A stretch of DNA of 64,000 nucleotides from the human T2T-CHM13v2.0 reference genome, Homo sapiens, in the NCBI RefSeq assembly GCF_009914755.1, contig NC_060929.1. One strand, 5' to 3'. Each line of letters starts with the position of its first letter. Position 1 is the stretch's first letter. The position numbers were made by a program, and so were the translations under genes. Below the pieces are notes generated by a model. It was not told where the DNA came from. It saw only the letters and a list, made by a program, of their open reading frames with translations, and made no database searches. Below, piece by piece: positions 43,043 to 57,582 of this stretch.

Positions 43043-44519
43043 CAAGTGGACTTATGTTTTAAGCAAAACATAGTCACTCATCTTTAGGAGCTTGTACTTT
43101 TTTTCAGTCTGCTTTATATGCCCAGCCAATACATCAATGTTCATGGTCAGATTCATTTGTAAGGCTGAAATAAGCACTGGCTGGACAACTTTTAGAAGAT
43201 TTAATAAATCATCTTGAAGAAAGCCAAAGCCCTTTGCATACTACTATACTATGTGGCTATATTCTCACCTGCCCAGCATTCCATCTTGGGCTGCAGGGGG
43301 GAATCAACTCTTTCCTATTCCATGCATTTAAGGAATCAGGAGTTCGCCCAGTTATTGTTCCTGGTCTGTGTCTCAGGCTTAACCAATCAGGGTACTGCAA
43401 CCTCCTGGCTACCGCTCAGGAAAGGACATGTGATCCTAGGCTTTATAAACATGTTTTAATACTAGAGTCATAAAGAAAGACTATATCTCTTGTCAAAGCT
43501 GTAAGACTGTTGTGAGCATGGAGATAGTGATAATCCTCCTTTTGCCATCACAAAGGCAGAGGCTTCTGAGATTAAGACCATGCAGAGGCTGAGTCGAGAG
43601 ATGCAGAGAGACAGGACTCTGATGATATTATTGGAGCTCCTGGGAGTAACTAAGCCTGGCTTCCCACTTGTACCAGCAAATTAATTGCTTTTTCCCTTTT
43701 TTTGTACTTGTCAGTTTAGGTTGGTACCTGACTATCATATTTCATAACATAAAATAAGCTCAGGGAAAAAATAACAAAATTAATAAATTGATTAAAAAGT
43801 TCTGAAAAAAGACTTACATCTAAACAAGTAGGAAGTATTTTCATTCTGTCCTGTGTTGGATGCCAGAACCCAAACATTGAGAACACCATATTTTCATCAC
43901 TTAATCCTATACAAATGACAAAGCTGAGACTCAGAATAGCTTGCTATCTTGGCCAACAAAACACAGCAAATAATGGGGGAGGGCAGGACGTGAATCTAGG
44001 TTTTTCTTCAAAGTCCATGTGTTCTTCTTCAAATAAGGAAATGTCAGCTACTGTGGCAACATATTTTAATAAGATGAGACTAAAACGAGCATGCAGCTTC
44101 ACAGCATTAAGAATTCATCATGAATTGTACGGTTCACTTTTTTGGTCAATGTTGATAAATTAAGTCTCTCAACATCCCTAGCCCCAAATTCTATCCAGGT
44201 TAGAACATGATATACTTTTACCTCTAAGCCAGGGAAATGCCTGATTAACAACAGGCATATTTGATGCCCATTGCAAAGTTGCTAAGTTCTTATTCTACTC
44301 TAAAGACGGAATTCCTTCAGCTCTTGAGAGGGGCATCTTGAAGAGCCTCTAATCTGCTCCCTCCTCTCCTTTTATTCTATCTAATTCTGATTTACTTCAA
44401 CTCATCCTAATTGAACAAATATTTACTGGGAATCTACTATATGCCAGATGCCCTAGTGAGCAGATAACCTGTTTGATAAATGAATTGTAGCTTCTCGTCT
44501 CAAAAGAATGAGTTGTGTT

Positions 44520-44750
44520 TATTTTTCTTTTAAAGACAAGGTGTAGTTCTGTTGCCCAGGCTGAATTTCAGTGGCACGATCACAGCTCACTGCAGCCTCA
44601 CCTCTCAGGCTCAAGTGATTCTCCCACCCTAACCCTCCAAGTAGATGGGAGTACTACTATTTTTTGTAGAGATGGAGTCTCACTATGTTGCCCAAGCTCG
44701 TATTGAACTCCTGGGCTTAAGCAAGGCTCTCACTTTGGCCTCCTATAATG
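44520..44750 (-). mobile_element. Degenerate AluJ with an internal deletion
   Basis: GTTGCCCAGGCTG..CACAGCTCACTGCAGCCTC..TTTTGTAGAGATGGAGTCTCACTATGTTGCCC. Confidence 0.8.
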
Positions 44751-44880
44751 TTTACCTTTTTTATTAATCTACTCTCCACCTCCCACCCCTAATAACCAAT
44801 TCTTTGTGTAATATGAAGATTGGGCCTTCTGTTGATGCAGAGAGAACTAAGTTGTTTTAAAAAGTCCGTGTTGAGACCAC

Positions 44881-45326
44881 TGTTATGGGTTCAATTATGT
44901 TCCTTAAAATTCATATGTTGACGTCCTAAGGCCCAGTACCTCAGAATGTAGCCTTATTTGGAAACAGAGTCATTGCTGATGTAATGAGTAAAGTTAACAT
45001 GGGCCATTAGGGTGGAGCCTAATTCAATATGACTGGTGATGACTGGTGTCCTTACTAAAAGGGGAAGTTTGGATAGTTTGGACATAGACATGCACAGAGG
45101 GTAGATGATGAGGACATGCAGGGAGAATGCCATGTAAACATTAAGATGGCCATCTACCAGCCAAAGAGAAAGGCCGGGAGCAGATCCTTTCCTCACAGTG
45201 CTTAGAAGGAACAAACTCTACCAACACCTTGATTTCAGACTGCTAGCCCCCAGAAGTGTGAGACAATATTTTTGTTGTTTCAGCCACCTAGTCTGTGGTA
45301 CTTTGTTATGACAGCTTTAGCAAACT
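44881..45326 (+). mobile_element. MLT1B LTR
   Basis: TGTTATGGGTT...CCCAGTACCTCAGAATGT...TGGTACTTTGTTATGACAGC. Confidence 0.85.
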
Positions 45327-47397
45327 GGCTAGCTTCACATGTGGTGTGTTTAGCCTGCGTGAGGTTTTTATTTTTTAACTACACCAACATTTTAAAGTCA
45401 GGAATTCTCACCTAAAATAATATGCTTTTCTTGAAACACTGGGAGACATACAGTTCTGAACTTTTGTTTCCATGTGATATGACCACTTGGAGCTGAGTAG
45501 CAACTTTCTCTTTTAGATGGACATGTGTTTGCTAGTTCACTATAGTCTTACCAGTTCATCTTGCATTCCAGAAGACTGGAATGATTGTTGACATTTGCCA
45601 TCATGCTGAAGTCCACTCTGATCTCTAGTCTAGGTCCATAAATATATGGATATGGATTGATCCAAAGTGAAAAGTCGCCAAGGGTTGGAGGAGTGAGAAG
45701 TAGAATAACTAGAGGAGAGAGGTGAGAGTCCTTGAGATCTAATGGGGATAGGGCGATGGGGGAGTGATAGGAATCTGAAATCACACCTCATTAGCAGAGA
45801 CAGGGACAGGATAAAGCATGGCTGCAGGGCTTCTGCCCCATGTTCTGTGGTATTGGGAGCCATGTTAAAGGTACTGAGAGCAAGGCAGGGCACAGAGAGG
45901 TGGATGCCACCATGAGCAGAGAAGCTGTCCACCTTGGGACAGTCCAGGTGGACAGTGGACACCTCAGTGGCCACCATAATGGACTGAAGAACAGAGGGTC
46001 TTCCCGACATTTTCCAGACAGTGTTAGCCCAGCAAAACTGCTGTCTGTAGCCCATGCCTCTCTTCCACTCCAATAACAACTGATATTGGATTTCTCATCA
46101 ACTCTGACAATGAGATTTGTTTAGATTTAGAAAAATAATATAGGTAAGTTTCCTTACACTGTAATCATGTGGAACAAATTTTAAAAAGGAATGCTTCTTT
46201 TTACTTCATGTCCACTTTACCCAGGAGGCTCATTGAGGTCAGGTAACTTGCCCAAGGGCACACAACCATTGATTATTTTGAAAACAAATCTTGTTTCCTA
46301 TCTTCTCCGTGGGTTCTTCATTAATAGTCTCCCAGCAGGCAGGTCCCAGGCAGCAGAAAGCTGAGATCACTGATGACTCCTTCCTTACCCACAGAGTTAC
46401 TTTTCTTCCATATCCAGAGAACATGTGCCCTTTCAAACAGGTCTCCAAGGACTTTGCTGAATAAACATGAACACCAGCAATCACTCAGAACTGGAAAGCA
46501 GCATAAATGGTCCCAAATGCCAATGTTCTCATCCACAAAGCTTTTCCCCAGTGCTGGAGTTGGCATTTGTCGTCACCATGCTTTAGCTGAAATAACATCT
46601 GAGGAGACTTGCTGAGGACTGATGATTACAAAGATGGGTTTCATGTCGTATGGAGGAATAGAACAAGTAATAAGACATGGATATTAATAATAATGTTGCC
46701 TTCATTCTCTTCTAATTCTGGAAGTAATTTTTACCTTGTGCAGATTAATGAGAAGCTAACTTAATGAATATTTGGCAGATCCTGGGAGAATAGTCTTTTT
46801 TGCTAGATGGATTACTCCACCATTCACTTAGGCTCTCTTTAGCTCTCATAACCCTTAAGAAGTAGAAGCAAATATGAAGAGAACTACCAGTAGTGAAACT
46901 GGAGGAAACTGTTCCCACTGCTGCGCCTTGGATCTAGCTGTTGAATGCAAAGACACAAAGTTGCTTTTCTGATGCCAACAGCAACTTTTCCTATCTTTAA
47001 CTTAGAACTTTCCAAAAGAGGAGAGTGAGAAGGCTCATGGGAACCTTGAGTTTGCATTCATTGTGCAGATGAGAAAAACAAGACCCAGAAAAATGGAAGG
47101 ATATTCCTAAGATGCCTTGGCTAATTACAGGACTGGGAATGAGAGGCCAAGTTTGTTTCCTTTCTTGAAGCATGGATCGTTCCTCCTATAATAGGCTGGC
47201 AGTGTAGGATCTCAGGGTCTCTGTGGTAGATGAAAATTCCAGGACAGGCAAGCAGGGATTTCAATCAACACATTTGGTCTCTATGACAACATAAAAGTAG
47301 TTTGATATTTGCTCTATTTGAATGATTTGCTATTCAAGTATTTTTCAAAAATCCTGCTTTTACTTAAGAAACTGAAAAAAAATTGAAATGTTTCTTT

Positions 47398-48036
47398 TGA
47401 GGCAGGCAATTAGCAAGGGAACAGGGCATCATTTCTTGCAGGCGGCTAAAAGCAATACAAATGGGGCCAAACAGGTTAGCACAAGGACCCATCCCCTAGT
47501 AGAAAGGAACTGTTACAACAGGCTGCAACAATGAAGACAGATTGCAGACATCCTGCTTCAGGCACAGATAAGAATGTAAAAAAGAAGCAACTGGCACAAC
47601 TGGTTAAATCCAAGATGGCTGAAAAACTTGACCAACTGCTGACCCTTGGCTTCATTATACCCCTATTACCATAAAATTTCCATGGGGGAACCCCTTACTC
47701 CCATCATGCACCTGATGCTATGACGGTTCTAGATTAACCATATTTAGCCAGTTGAGAAAAGGGTAGCACCCCAATTCCAGGAATTGCCTGCCCATTTCCC
47801 AGAAAACCCCTCTCCTTACTATGGATTATTTCATGCCTTCATTCTGCTTATCCATATAGTATGTAAGCCCTGGCCACCTTGATCATAGCTCATTCTTTTG
47901 AGCACAGCTGCATTCCTCTCTTGAGTGTGTGCTTGTTTTCACTCTGCAATAAAGCTTCTATACTATCACTGTGGTCTTGCTTTTAAATTCTTTTGTACTG
48001 TGAAGACAAGGACCTGACCCAGGCTTACCAGCTACA
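47398..48036 (+). mobile_element. ERV1 LTR (MER41/MER66-like, family uncertain)
   Basis: TGAGGCAGG start; CCAAGATGGC; AATAAA at 47948; TTAAATTCTTT..AAGGACC..CA end; no TSD seen. Confidence 0.65.
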
Positions 48037-48596
48037 GGAGCTAATTTATTTAATGAATACTTAGCTATATGCTAGGCTAACTGTTCTACAATGTGCTATA
48101 CCAGTTAATCCTCACAATACCTTTATGGGGTGGGTTATATTTATATACTCATTTTACCAATAAGGAAAGAAGTGTAAGGAATTTTCCCTAGATGGTAGAG
48201 AGAGCAAGTGGCAGGTTCTGGATGCAAACCCAAATTTGTCCGATTCCATAAAGCCCATGTATCCATTTTCTTATTGTTGCATAACAAATTATAACAAATT
48301 TTGTAGCTTAAAACCACACCCATTTATTACCTTACAGTTTTGTAGGCCTGGAGTCCTGTTGAAGCTGACTGGGCTCTATCCGAGGCCATCAATCACAAGG
48401 CCAAGATCAAGGTGTAAGCTGGCTGGGCTCTTATCTAAGGCTCTGCGAAGACATCTGCTTCCAAGATCATTCAGGTTGTTGGCAGAAACCAGTTCCTTGA
48501 AGTTGTAGGTTACTGTTTTATTACTGGCTTAAGTCTGACCTCTGCTCCTAGAGGCCACCTGCATCCCTTCTCACGTGTGCCCCTCCATCCTCAAAG

Positions 48597-49380
<784 letters not shown>

Positions 49381-51159
49381 AAGGCAGCAAGTGTGCATTG
49401 AGTCCTTCCTTCTCATGCAATTAGATCAGGCCCACTTGGGTAACCTCTGTGTCTTAAGGTCAACTGACGTGGAACTTTATTTGCATCTATAAAATCCCTT
49501 CACAGCTGTACCTGGATTAGTGTTTTATTGAAAATGACCAGGGACAGGAATTTGAAAGGGTTGGGGGTAACATAGGTTTAGGGTAAGAAAGTGAATGAGG
49601 TGAGAGACCACAGAACAGTGAGGACTAGAGAGAACCAGCTCCCGTGGTGCTCCAACTGTAGAGGCTGTCACTTGGCGGCTCACCCAGGTTGCTACTGCAA
49701 GGGAAAGTAAAAGGAGTGTTAACTGATCTTCCAATTTTTCCAAATCAGGAATCTGTTTTTTTATGTGACATCACTCAATTAGAAAAAGCTTACAATGAAC
49801 TTAAACTTAAAATGCAGGATCTTCGGGACACCAGTCAGAAACTACCTATACAAATTCTGTGACCATGGCTGATTTTTCCCTGACTCCTTAATCCAGTCAC
49901 TTGTCGTGTCTCCATGTTGATAGCTTTGTCTTTGCGCGCCAAGCCTGGTCTCTCCATCGTGAGCACCATACACCACAGAAGCTCACTAGCTGATCTTCAA
50001 AGATTAACAACGCATTTCTTAAGCATTGGTTTAGGGCTTCCCCGGACAGTCCCAATGACTTTGCTTCACTGTTCTCTTACAGAGAATCTGCCCAAACTGC
50101 CCCCCAAAATAGCCCTGTCTAGGCTATAGTAGGTCTACCTCCTTTATTAGATTGTAAGCACAAAGAAATCAGGAACCGACCATGCCTTATTTGAGTTAAT
50201 GTTGCCTTCTTTGAAGTAATTGCCTGGCCATACTTAGTAATTATTTCTTGAATGAACAAGATGCATTCTGCAACACTAAGCAATCTCTACACACTCCTAA
50301 AAGTGCATTGGTCATCCTAAACCTGCTTCCAGAGTGTTTCTGAAAGCAGAGGAAAAGATTATTTACTTGAAAGTCTAAATACACACACACACAAAATCAA
50401 ATAATGGAATTGTTTTTAAAAAGTCTTTTACATGGACATCTATTTTTAAAAGTCATTATTATAATAACAAATGGAAAACAATCCTCTCTGGGTAGAACCC
50501 TGGAAGGGTTGCTGATTGAGCTGCACATGAGCAGCTAGTGTTGTCACACAGCAGGAGGTATGGTACAGACTGGGTGATTGGAGTAGGGTGGGTGGAGTAG
50601 GGTGGATTGTTAAAGAAGACTGCTGGTAATGTGGTGACTCTGATAATGTTCTTTTGTTTTATATTTCAACAGGCAAGAATGGTTTAAAGGCACCGATTTA
50701 CAATTATATATATAGACATTCTATATCCTACTCCTTAATCCTTGCAATAGAAGGAAACCTTAAGGAAATGTGCATAGAACAAAGCTGGGGCTAGACCATC
50801 TGTTTTCCATCACCTTGTGCCTTTGGAGAAAACTCCAGCAATATTGCTAATCCAAAACAGATCAGACCCCGGAAATCTCAGGGAACCCAACTGCTGCAGT
50901 TCCTTGTCCTTTTTTCTGGGATGTTATCTTGAGCCATGTCCATGAACTAGTCTCCCTCCTGTTGTTATCACTGCCATGGAAACCCTTCCCAGCACAATGG
51001 ATGGCAGCAGACAGCTGCACTGGGCTTGGCCCTGCCAGAGATACTTCTCTTCACTTCTCCCTAGTTACATTCCTGTTCTTGTTTCCATATTACCCCTAAA
51101 TGTAGCTGATGTCTATACTTGCCTGCCTAAATAAATATTACTAGAGTGTCCTTGCAGAA

Positions 51160-51300
51160 AGCACGCTGACCTGGGAATCAAGAGACTTTGTCCAGTCTCA
51201 TCTGCCATTAACCAGCTCTGTGATCTGAGGGAATTACCTAAATTTTATGGGTCCCATTTTCTTCATCTACAAAATAATGTTCTTTCAACTAGAAAAATGT
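51160..51300 (+). mobile_element. MIR
   Basis: GGGAATCAAGAGAC..CTGCCATTAACCAGCTCTGTGATCT..TTTCTTCATCTACAAAAT. Confidence 0.65.
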
Positions 51301-51355
51301 ATGAATTACGTGTTTTTATGATGATAAGGAATAGTCTTAGTTATGGTTTTATAAC

Positions 51356-52367
51356 TGAAGCAGGATATTTCCCTTACCCCTTTGTGGGACTTGTGAAGGG
51401 GGTGCCCCATTTACTCAGCCCACAGCTCTCAACTTCTTGCCGGAGGGAGCGTGGGAGCGAAAGAGGCAGGAACTGGAGTACACGATCACTGGAGTCAGCT
51501 GGCCACTCCGGTGCCGGCAGGTGTGAAATCTACTCACTGGGACCTGCTGCGTTCCACCTCTCACAGGAGGGGACATGCAGGTGAGTGGGTGCAGGATCTG
51601 GGATGAGTGCTTTTGGGTGCCAGCAGGAACCAACTCCGTGCCAGCCCCGCAGCAGCATTTTGGTTAGTGGGGGCGGCGGGGAGGCTGTAGGGGGTGCCTG
51701 CGACCCCTGAAGCCCCAGAGGTAGTGTTACAGTGCTCCTTTAACTTTGCCATCTGCAAATTGCTTAAGTGTTAACAGCTCAGGGGACCCTCTACCTTTTC
51801 AAATGAGGCGCTTCGTTCCGCCAGCAAGGGCAAAGGGTCAGTGCAACAGCCTTTTGCATCTGTACTCATGGTTACCGAGTTCTTGTCCAGCATCCAAGAG
51901 AAATCAGTGAATCTAGGTTTCAGGAATGAATTGAAAGATGGTAGATGTGGGGGATTTTATTGGCGAGGAAGGTGGCTCTTAGCAGGAAGGGGACTGAAAA
52001 GGGGACAGGGTGGGAAGGTAATTTGCTCCTGAAGTCTGGCCAGAGGTGGCTAGATCCTTCTCCAAAGTTACACCCTCAAACTGTCCCTCTGAAGTTAAGC
52101 TGCTTCTCTCTGCTGTCCAGCCATAGTCTCCAACGTCCAGCTGCTTCTCCTCTCTCTCAGCTGGCTGAGCCTGGGGTTTTCCTGCCCACAGGACTGGGAG
52201 CGGCACGGGCCACGGGTGGTTTTGGAAAAGGCAACATTTGAGCAGGCAAACAGGGATGTAAGTTCTCAGTTCGGGCCATGGTTTCAGGCTTTTTGGCCTG
52301 AGGGCGCAGCCCTCTATAGGAACCCTCCCTCTTCTGCCCAGAATTTCCCTTCCTCTTGTCCCTGTCA
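51356..52367 (-). mobile_element. LTR28-like (LTR1/27/28/MER52 group) solo LTR
   Basis: On - TGACAGGGACAAGAGGAAGGGAAATTCTGGGCAGAAGAGGG...ATCCTGCTTCA; TSD TAAC at 51352-51355 and 52368-52371. Confidence 0.82.
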
Positions 52368-52457
52368 TAACAAGTATAGTGTATCAGTATGGTATTATAT
52401 TGATAGAAAATGTTCTTTCTTAGATCATTGGCACAGATTGTTCCTATATGAAGTCGT

Positions 52458-52480
52458 TTGTTGTTGTTGTTGTTGTTGTT
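52458..52480 (+). repeat. (TTG)n microsatellite
   Basis: About 7 TTG units. Confidence 0.85.
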
Positions 52481-53124
52481 TTCGTAAACAATTGGACTAG
52501 TACCCAGAATTCCTGAATCACTAAAGACCAAGTCCATCACAATGGAAACATAAAACTGCAGTTACTCTAACCATTATCTTAAACCCCAAAGGACAGTTTC
52601 TTTGGTATATGGGATTTGTTTTTCATGCTTCTCTTGATTTAAGAAAAATAGCTGCACAAATATGTAATGAAATTGACTGTTTCTAAACACTTTAATCAGG
52701 AACAGTGTTTTTTTGTTTTTGTATTTGTTTTATAAATCTTTAATGTTTAAACCCACGAAGCAAAAAGACAGCATCTCACTGGAAAAAAATATTGGAGATG
52801 TGCATCAAAGAACACTTCCCCACCTTCATCCCTGCCAAACTATGTCAATCTTATTCATCCTTCTGATCCCTCCCGGGAAGTGTTGAAGTTCAACTCTCCA
52901 CTCTTTAAAAATGTTCATGTGATATGGACAACAAAGAAGTTATATGAACATCAGAAATATGATTTTATGAAACCAGAATCTTGATGTGGAACCAAATGTT
53001 TATGAAGAGTGAATAGTAATATTCTCAATCGAAGGGACCAAGTGGCAGGGGTGTGGCCAAGCTGGACAGGGAGAGCTGTGTGTGAAAAACAAGATGTACT
53101 CTTTAGTAGCATAGTCATCTACTC

Positions 53125-54663
<1,539 letters not shown>

Positions 54664-54944
54664 GGGTTATTGTTTATTTTGAGACAGGGTCTCCTCTGTT
54701 GCCCAGGCTGGAATGCAGTGGCGCCATTACAGCTCCCTGAAGCCTTGACCTCTCAGGTTCAAACTATCCTCCCACCTCAGCCTCCCAGGTAGCTGGGACC
54801 ACAAGCACACACCACCATGCCTGGCTATTTTAATTTCTTTTTTTTTTTTTTATATCTAGAGGTAGGGTCTCCCTATGTTGCCCAGCCTGATTTTGAACTC
54901 CCGGGCTCAAGCAATCCTCCTGCCTTGGCCACATAAAATGCTAG

Positions 54945-55736
54945 TGAGAGACAGGACTAGCTAGATTTCCTAGGCTGACTAAGAATCCCTAAGCCTAGCT
55001 GGGAAGGTGACCGCTTCCACCTTTAAACACGGTGCTTGCAACTTAGCTCACACCTGACCAATCAGATAGTAAAGAGAGCTCACTAAAATGCTAATTAGGC
55101 AAAAACAAGAGGTAAAGAAATAGCCAATCATCTGTTACCTGAGAGCACAGCGGGAGGGACAAGGATTGGGATATAAACCCAGGCATTTGAGGAGGCAATG
55201 GCAACCCCCTTTGAGTCCCCTCCCATTGTATGGGAGCTCTGTTTTCACTCTATTTCACTCTATTAAATCTTGCAACTGCGCTTTTCTGGACTATGTTTGT
55301 TATGGCTCGAGCTGAGCTTTCCCTCGCCGTCCACCACTGCCTGCTGTTTGCCGCAGTCCCAGACCCGCCACTGACTTCCATCCCTCCAGATCCAGCAGGG
55401 TGTCCACTGTGCTCCTAATCCAGCCAGGTACCCATTGCCACTCATGATTGGGCTAAAGGCTTGCCATTGTTCCTGCACAGCTAAGTGCCTGGGTTCGTCC
55501 TAATTGAGCTGAACACTAGTCACTGGGTTCCACGGTTCTCTTCCATGACCCATGGCTTCTAATAGAGCTATAACACTCACCGCATGGCCCAAGATTCTAT
55601 TCCTTGGAATCCGTGAGGCCAAGAACCCCAGGTCAGAGAACACCTTGCCACCATCTTGGAAGTGGCCTGCTGCCATTTTGGAAGCAGGCTGCCACCATCT
55701 TGGGAGCTCTGGGAGCAAGGACCCCCCCCAGTAACA
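54945..55736 (+). mobile_element. LTR17 (HERV-W) full-length solo LTR
   Basis: TGAGAGACAGGACTAGCT...GACCCCCCCCAGTAACA; TSD CTAG at 54941-54944 and 55737-55740. Confidence 0.95.
55055..55270 (+). promoter_or_regulatory. LTR17 U3/R promoter elements
   Basis: CCAAT near 55058 and 55124; GATATAAA near 55170; ATTAAA poly(A) signal near 55262; activity untested. Confidence 0.6.
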
Positions 55737-56699
55737 CTAGGAATACAGACATGAACCACCATGTTTGTACTTTGTTTTTAAATTACATAATATAGAGAAA
55801 TATATACTGTACTATTATATCATAGTATATTAAATAATTTATAATTTATTGGTAAATATGATTGTGGCCTATTTTTTAAACTGATAGATGTATTACCAAA
55901 AGAATTTATAGAGACTGCAGTTCTTGATAACAAGAGTGGCATACCCGTTGTCACCTTTTTCCAGTAATTTGAAACTGAAGACTGCCTTATATTATAGTCC
56001 AAGTCCTAAAATTGTACCACTGGTACCTTCTGTGATAAGTAAGTTTATCTACGTTAAGACCATTTGAAAAATGCAGAATTTTTATGATGTTTGAAGTCTC
56101 CTTAGACATTAGTAGAAGTCCAGGCAATAATGGTTAATAAAGCCAGTTCCTTAGAGGTGCTCACAACGAATTTCCAAAATACTTCTTGCTCATGCATTAA
56201 GCTTGATCAGTTGTAGGTGAGCAAATCCTAATCTAGGCTCTCAGAGAAAATACTAAAGAGAGGATCTATAAAATAAGGCAGATTCTAAAATTAATTACTA
56301 GCAGAGAAGTTTCCTGTCTTTTGTAGCCTTCTGCGGTGCTTCCACCTCTTTTCCACCAAAATGATTTATTTGAAAAGTTGCTGATACTCGGTGTAGCCCA
56401 CTGAGTGCAACAAGACCATCATATAAACCTGGGCGGGGTGGACCCCTAAAAGCCGCTTCCAGATCCGCCTCTACCACCTTGAATGCCACCAACTTTGCAT
56501 TGTTGCCATTTTTTCCCCTTCACTTTTTTTGAAGCCAGAAGTAATTTTTTACTTGAGGAAAACCTAGCTAAAGAAAAGATATATCTCACCCTTGAGCTCA
56601 GATGTTGCCTAGAGCTCTAAAGAGGGGAGTCTTTAATATCATTTTGAGTGTTTAACCTGAGTGCATTTCTGAATAGTCTTTGATGGTTTGTGATTATAA

Positions 56700-56925
56700 C
56701 AATAACTGCCATAAGCCTTTTTACAAATTCCCCATATGGCTGATGAGCACTTTTTGTGTATTTTCTCATTTAATTTTATTATCATACTATTATCATCCTC
56801 ATCTTCAAATGAGGAGATTGACGCCTAGAGAGGTTAAGAAATTGCTAAAGTTACACAATTAGTAAGTGGAATATCCAGGATTTGAATCCAGGCTTGACTT
56901 GAGAGCTGGATTCTCAGTAACAATG
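56700..56925 (-). mobile_element. MIR
   Basis: ATCCTCATCTTCAAATGAGGAGATTGA..AGAGGTTAAG..GGATTTGAATCCAGG. Confidence 0.75.
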
Positions 56926-57159
56926 CTCCTCTGACTTTTCTAGAATATGATTTCCTGCTTGACTAATGATTCACATGATGAGTGTTAGTTTAAGACCAGC
57001 TACACTTTTTTTCTGAATTCTTTCTACATTCAAAATGATTTAGAAAATCTATAGATAATTTTGATGTTATTATCAAGAAACTTTCTATAAAACAGGACTA
57101 TTAAAAATCAATTTCTACTTAGAACATAGAGGATAATATTGTTGCAAAAGGAAGTCATG

Positions 57160-57580
57160 AATCTGAAAAAGCTACATACTGTATGATTCCAATTACAAGA
57201 CCTTCTAGGAAAGGCAAAATTATGCAGACGGTAAAAAGATCAGTGGTTGTCAGGGTTTTGGGAGGTGTGAGGGATGAATACATGGATTTTTAAGACAGTG
57301 AAACTATTCTGTATAATACCACATGGTGAATACCTGTCATTATACATTTGTCAAAACCCATGGAATATATGACACAAAGAGTGAACTCATGTAAACTATG
57401 GACTTTGGTTGATTGCAAAACAAAAGAAAGAAAGAAAGTCGTGCTCCAAAAGTACTTGAGAAAATAAGTAAACAAGTCACATACTAGAAGAAAATATTCA
57501 AAACAAATACATTTGACAAAGGACTCCTACTCAGACTATATGAAGAACTCCTATAACTCAATCATAAGACAAAAATACAA
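57160..57580 (+). mobile_element. Ancient L1M (L1MC-like 3' end plus ORF2) fragments
   Basis: GCTACATACTGTATGATTCCAATT..AAAGGCAAAATTATG..GTAAAAAGATCAGTGGTTG. Confidence 0.7.
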
Positions 57581-57582
57581 TA

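Larger units (their letters stand above)
54675..55765 (-). mobile_element. AluJ split by LTR17
   Basis: Segments 54675-54944 and 55737-55765 join as AAATGCTAG|GAATACAGACATGAACCACC. Confidence 0.88.

Noticed and set aside
56298-56492. 64-aa ORF with protein-like composition
   Set aside because: It has a non-ATG start, no recognisable domain and no convincing splice sites.
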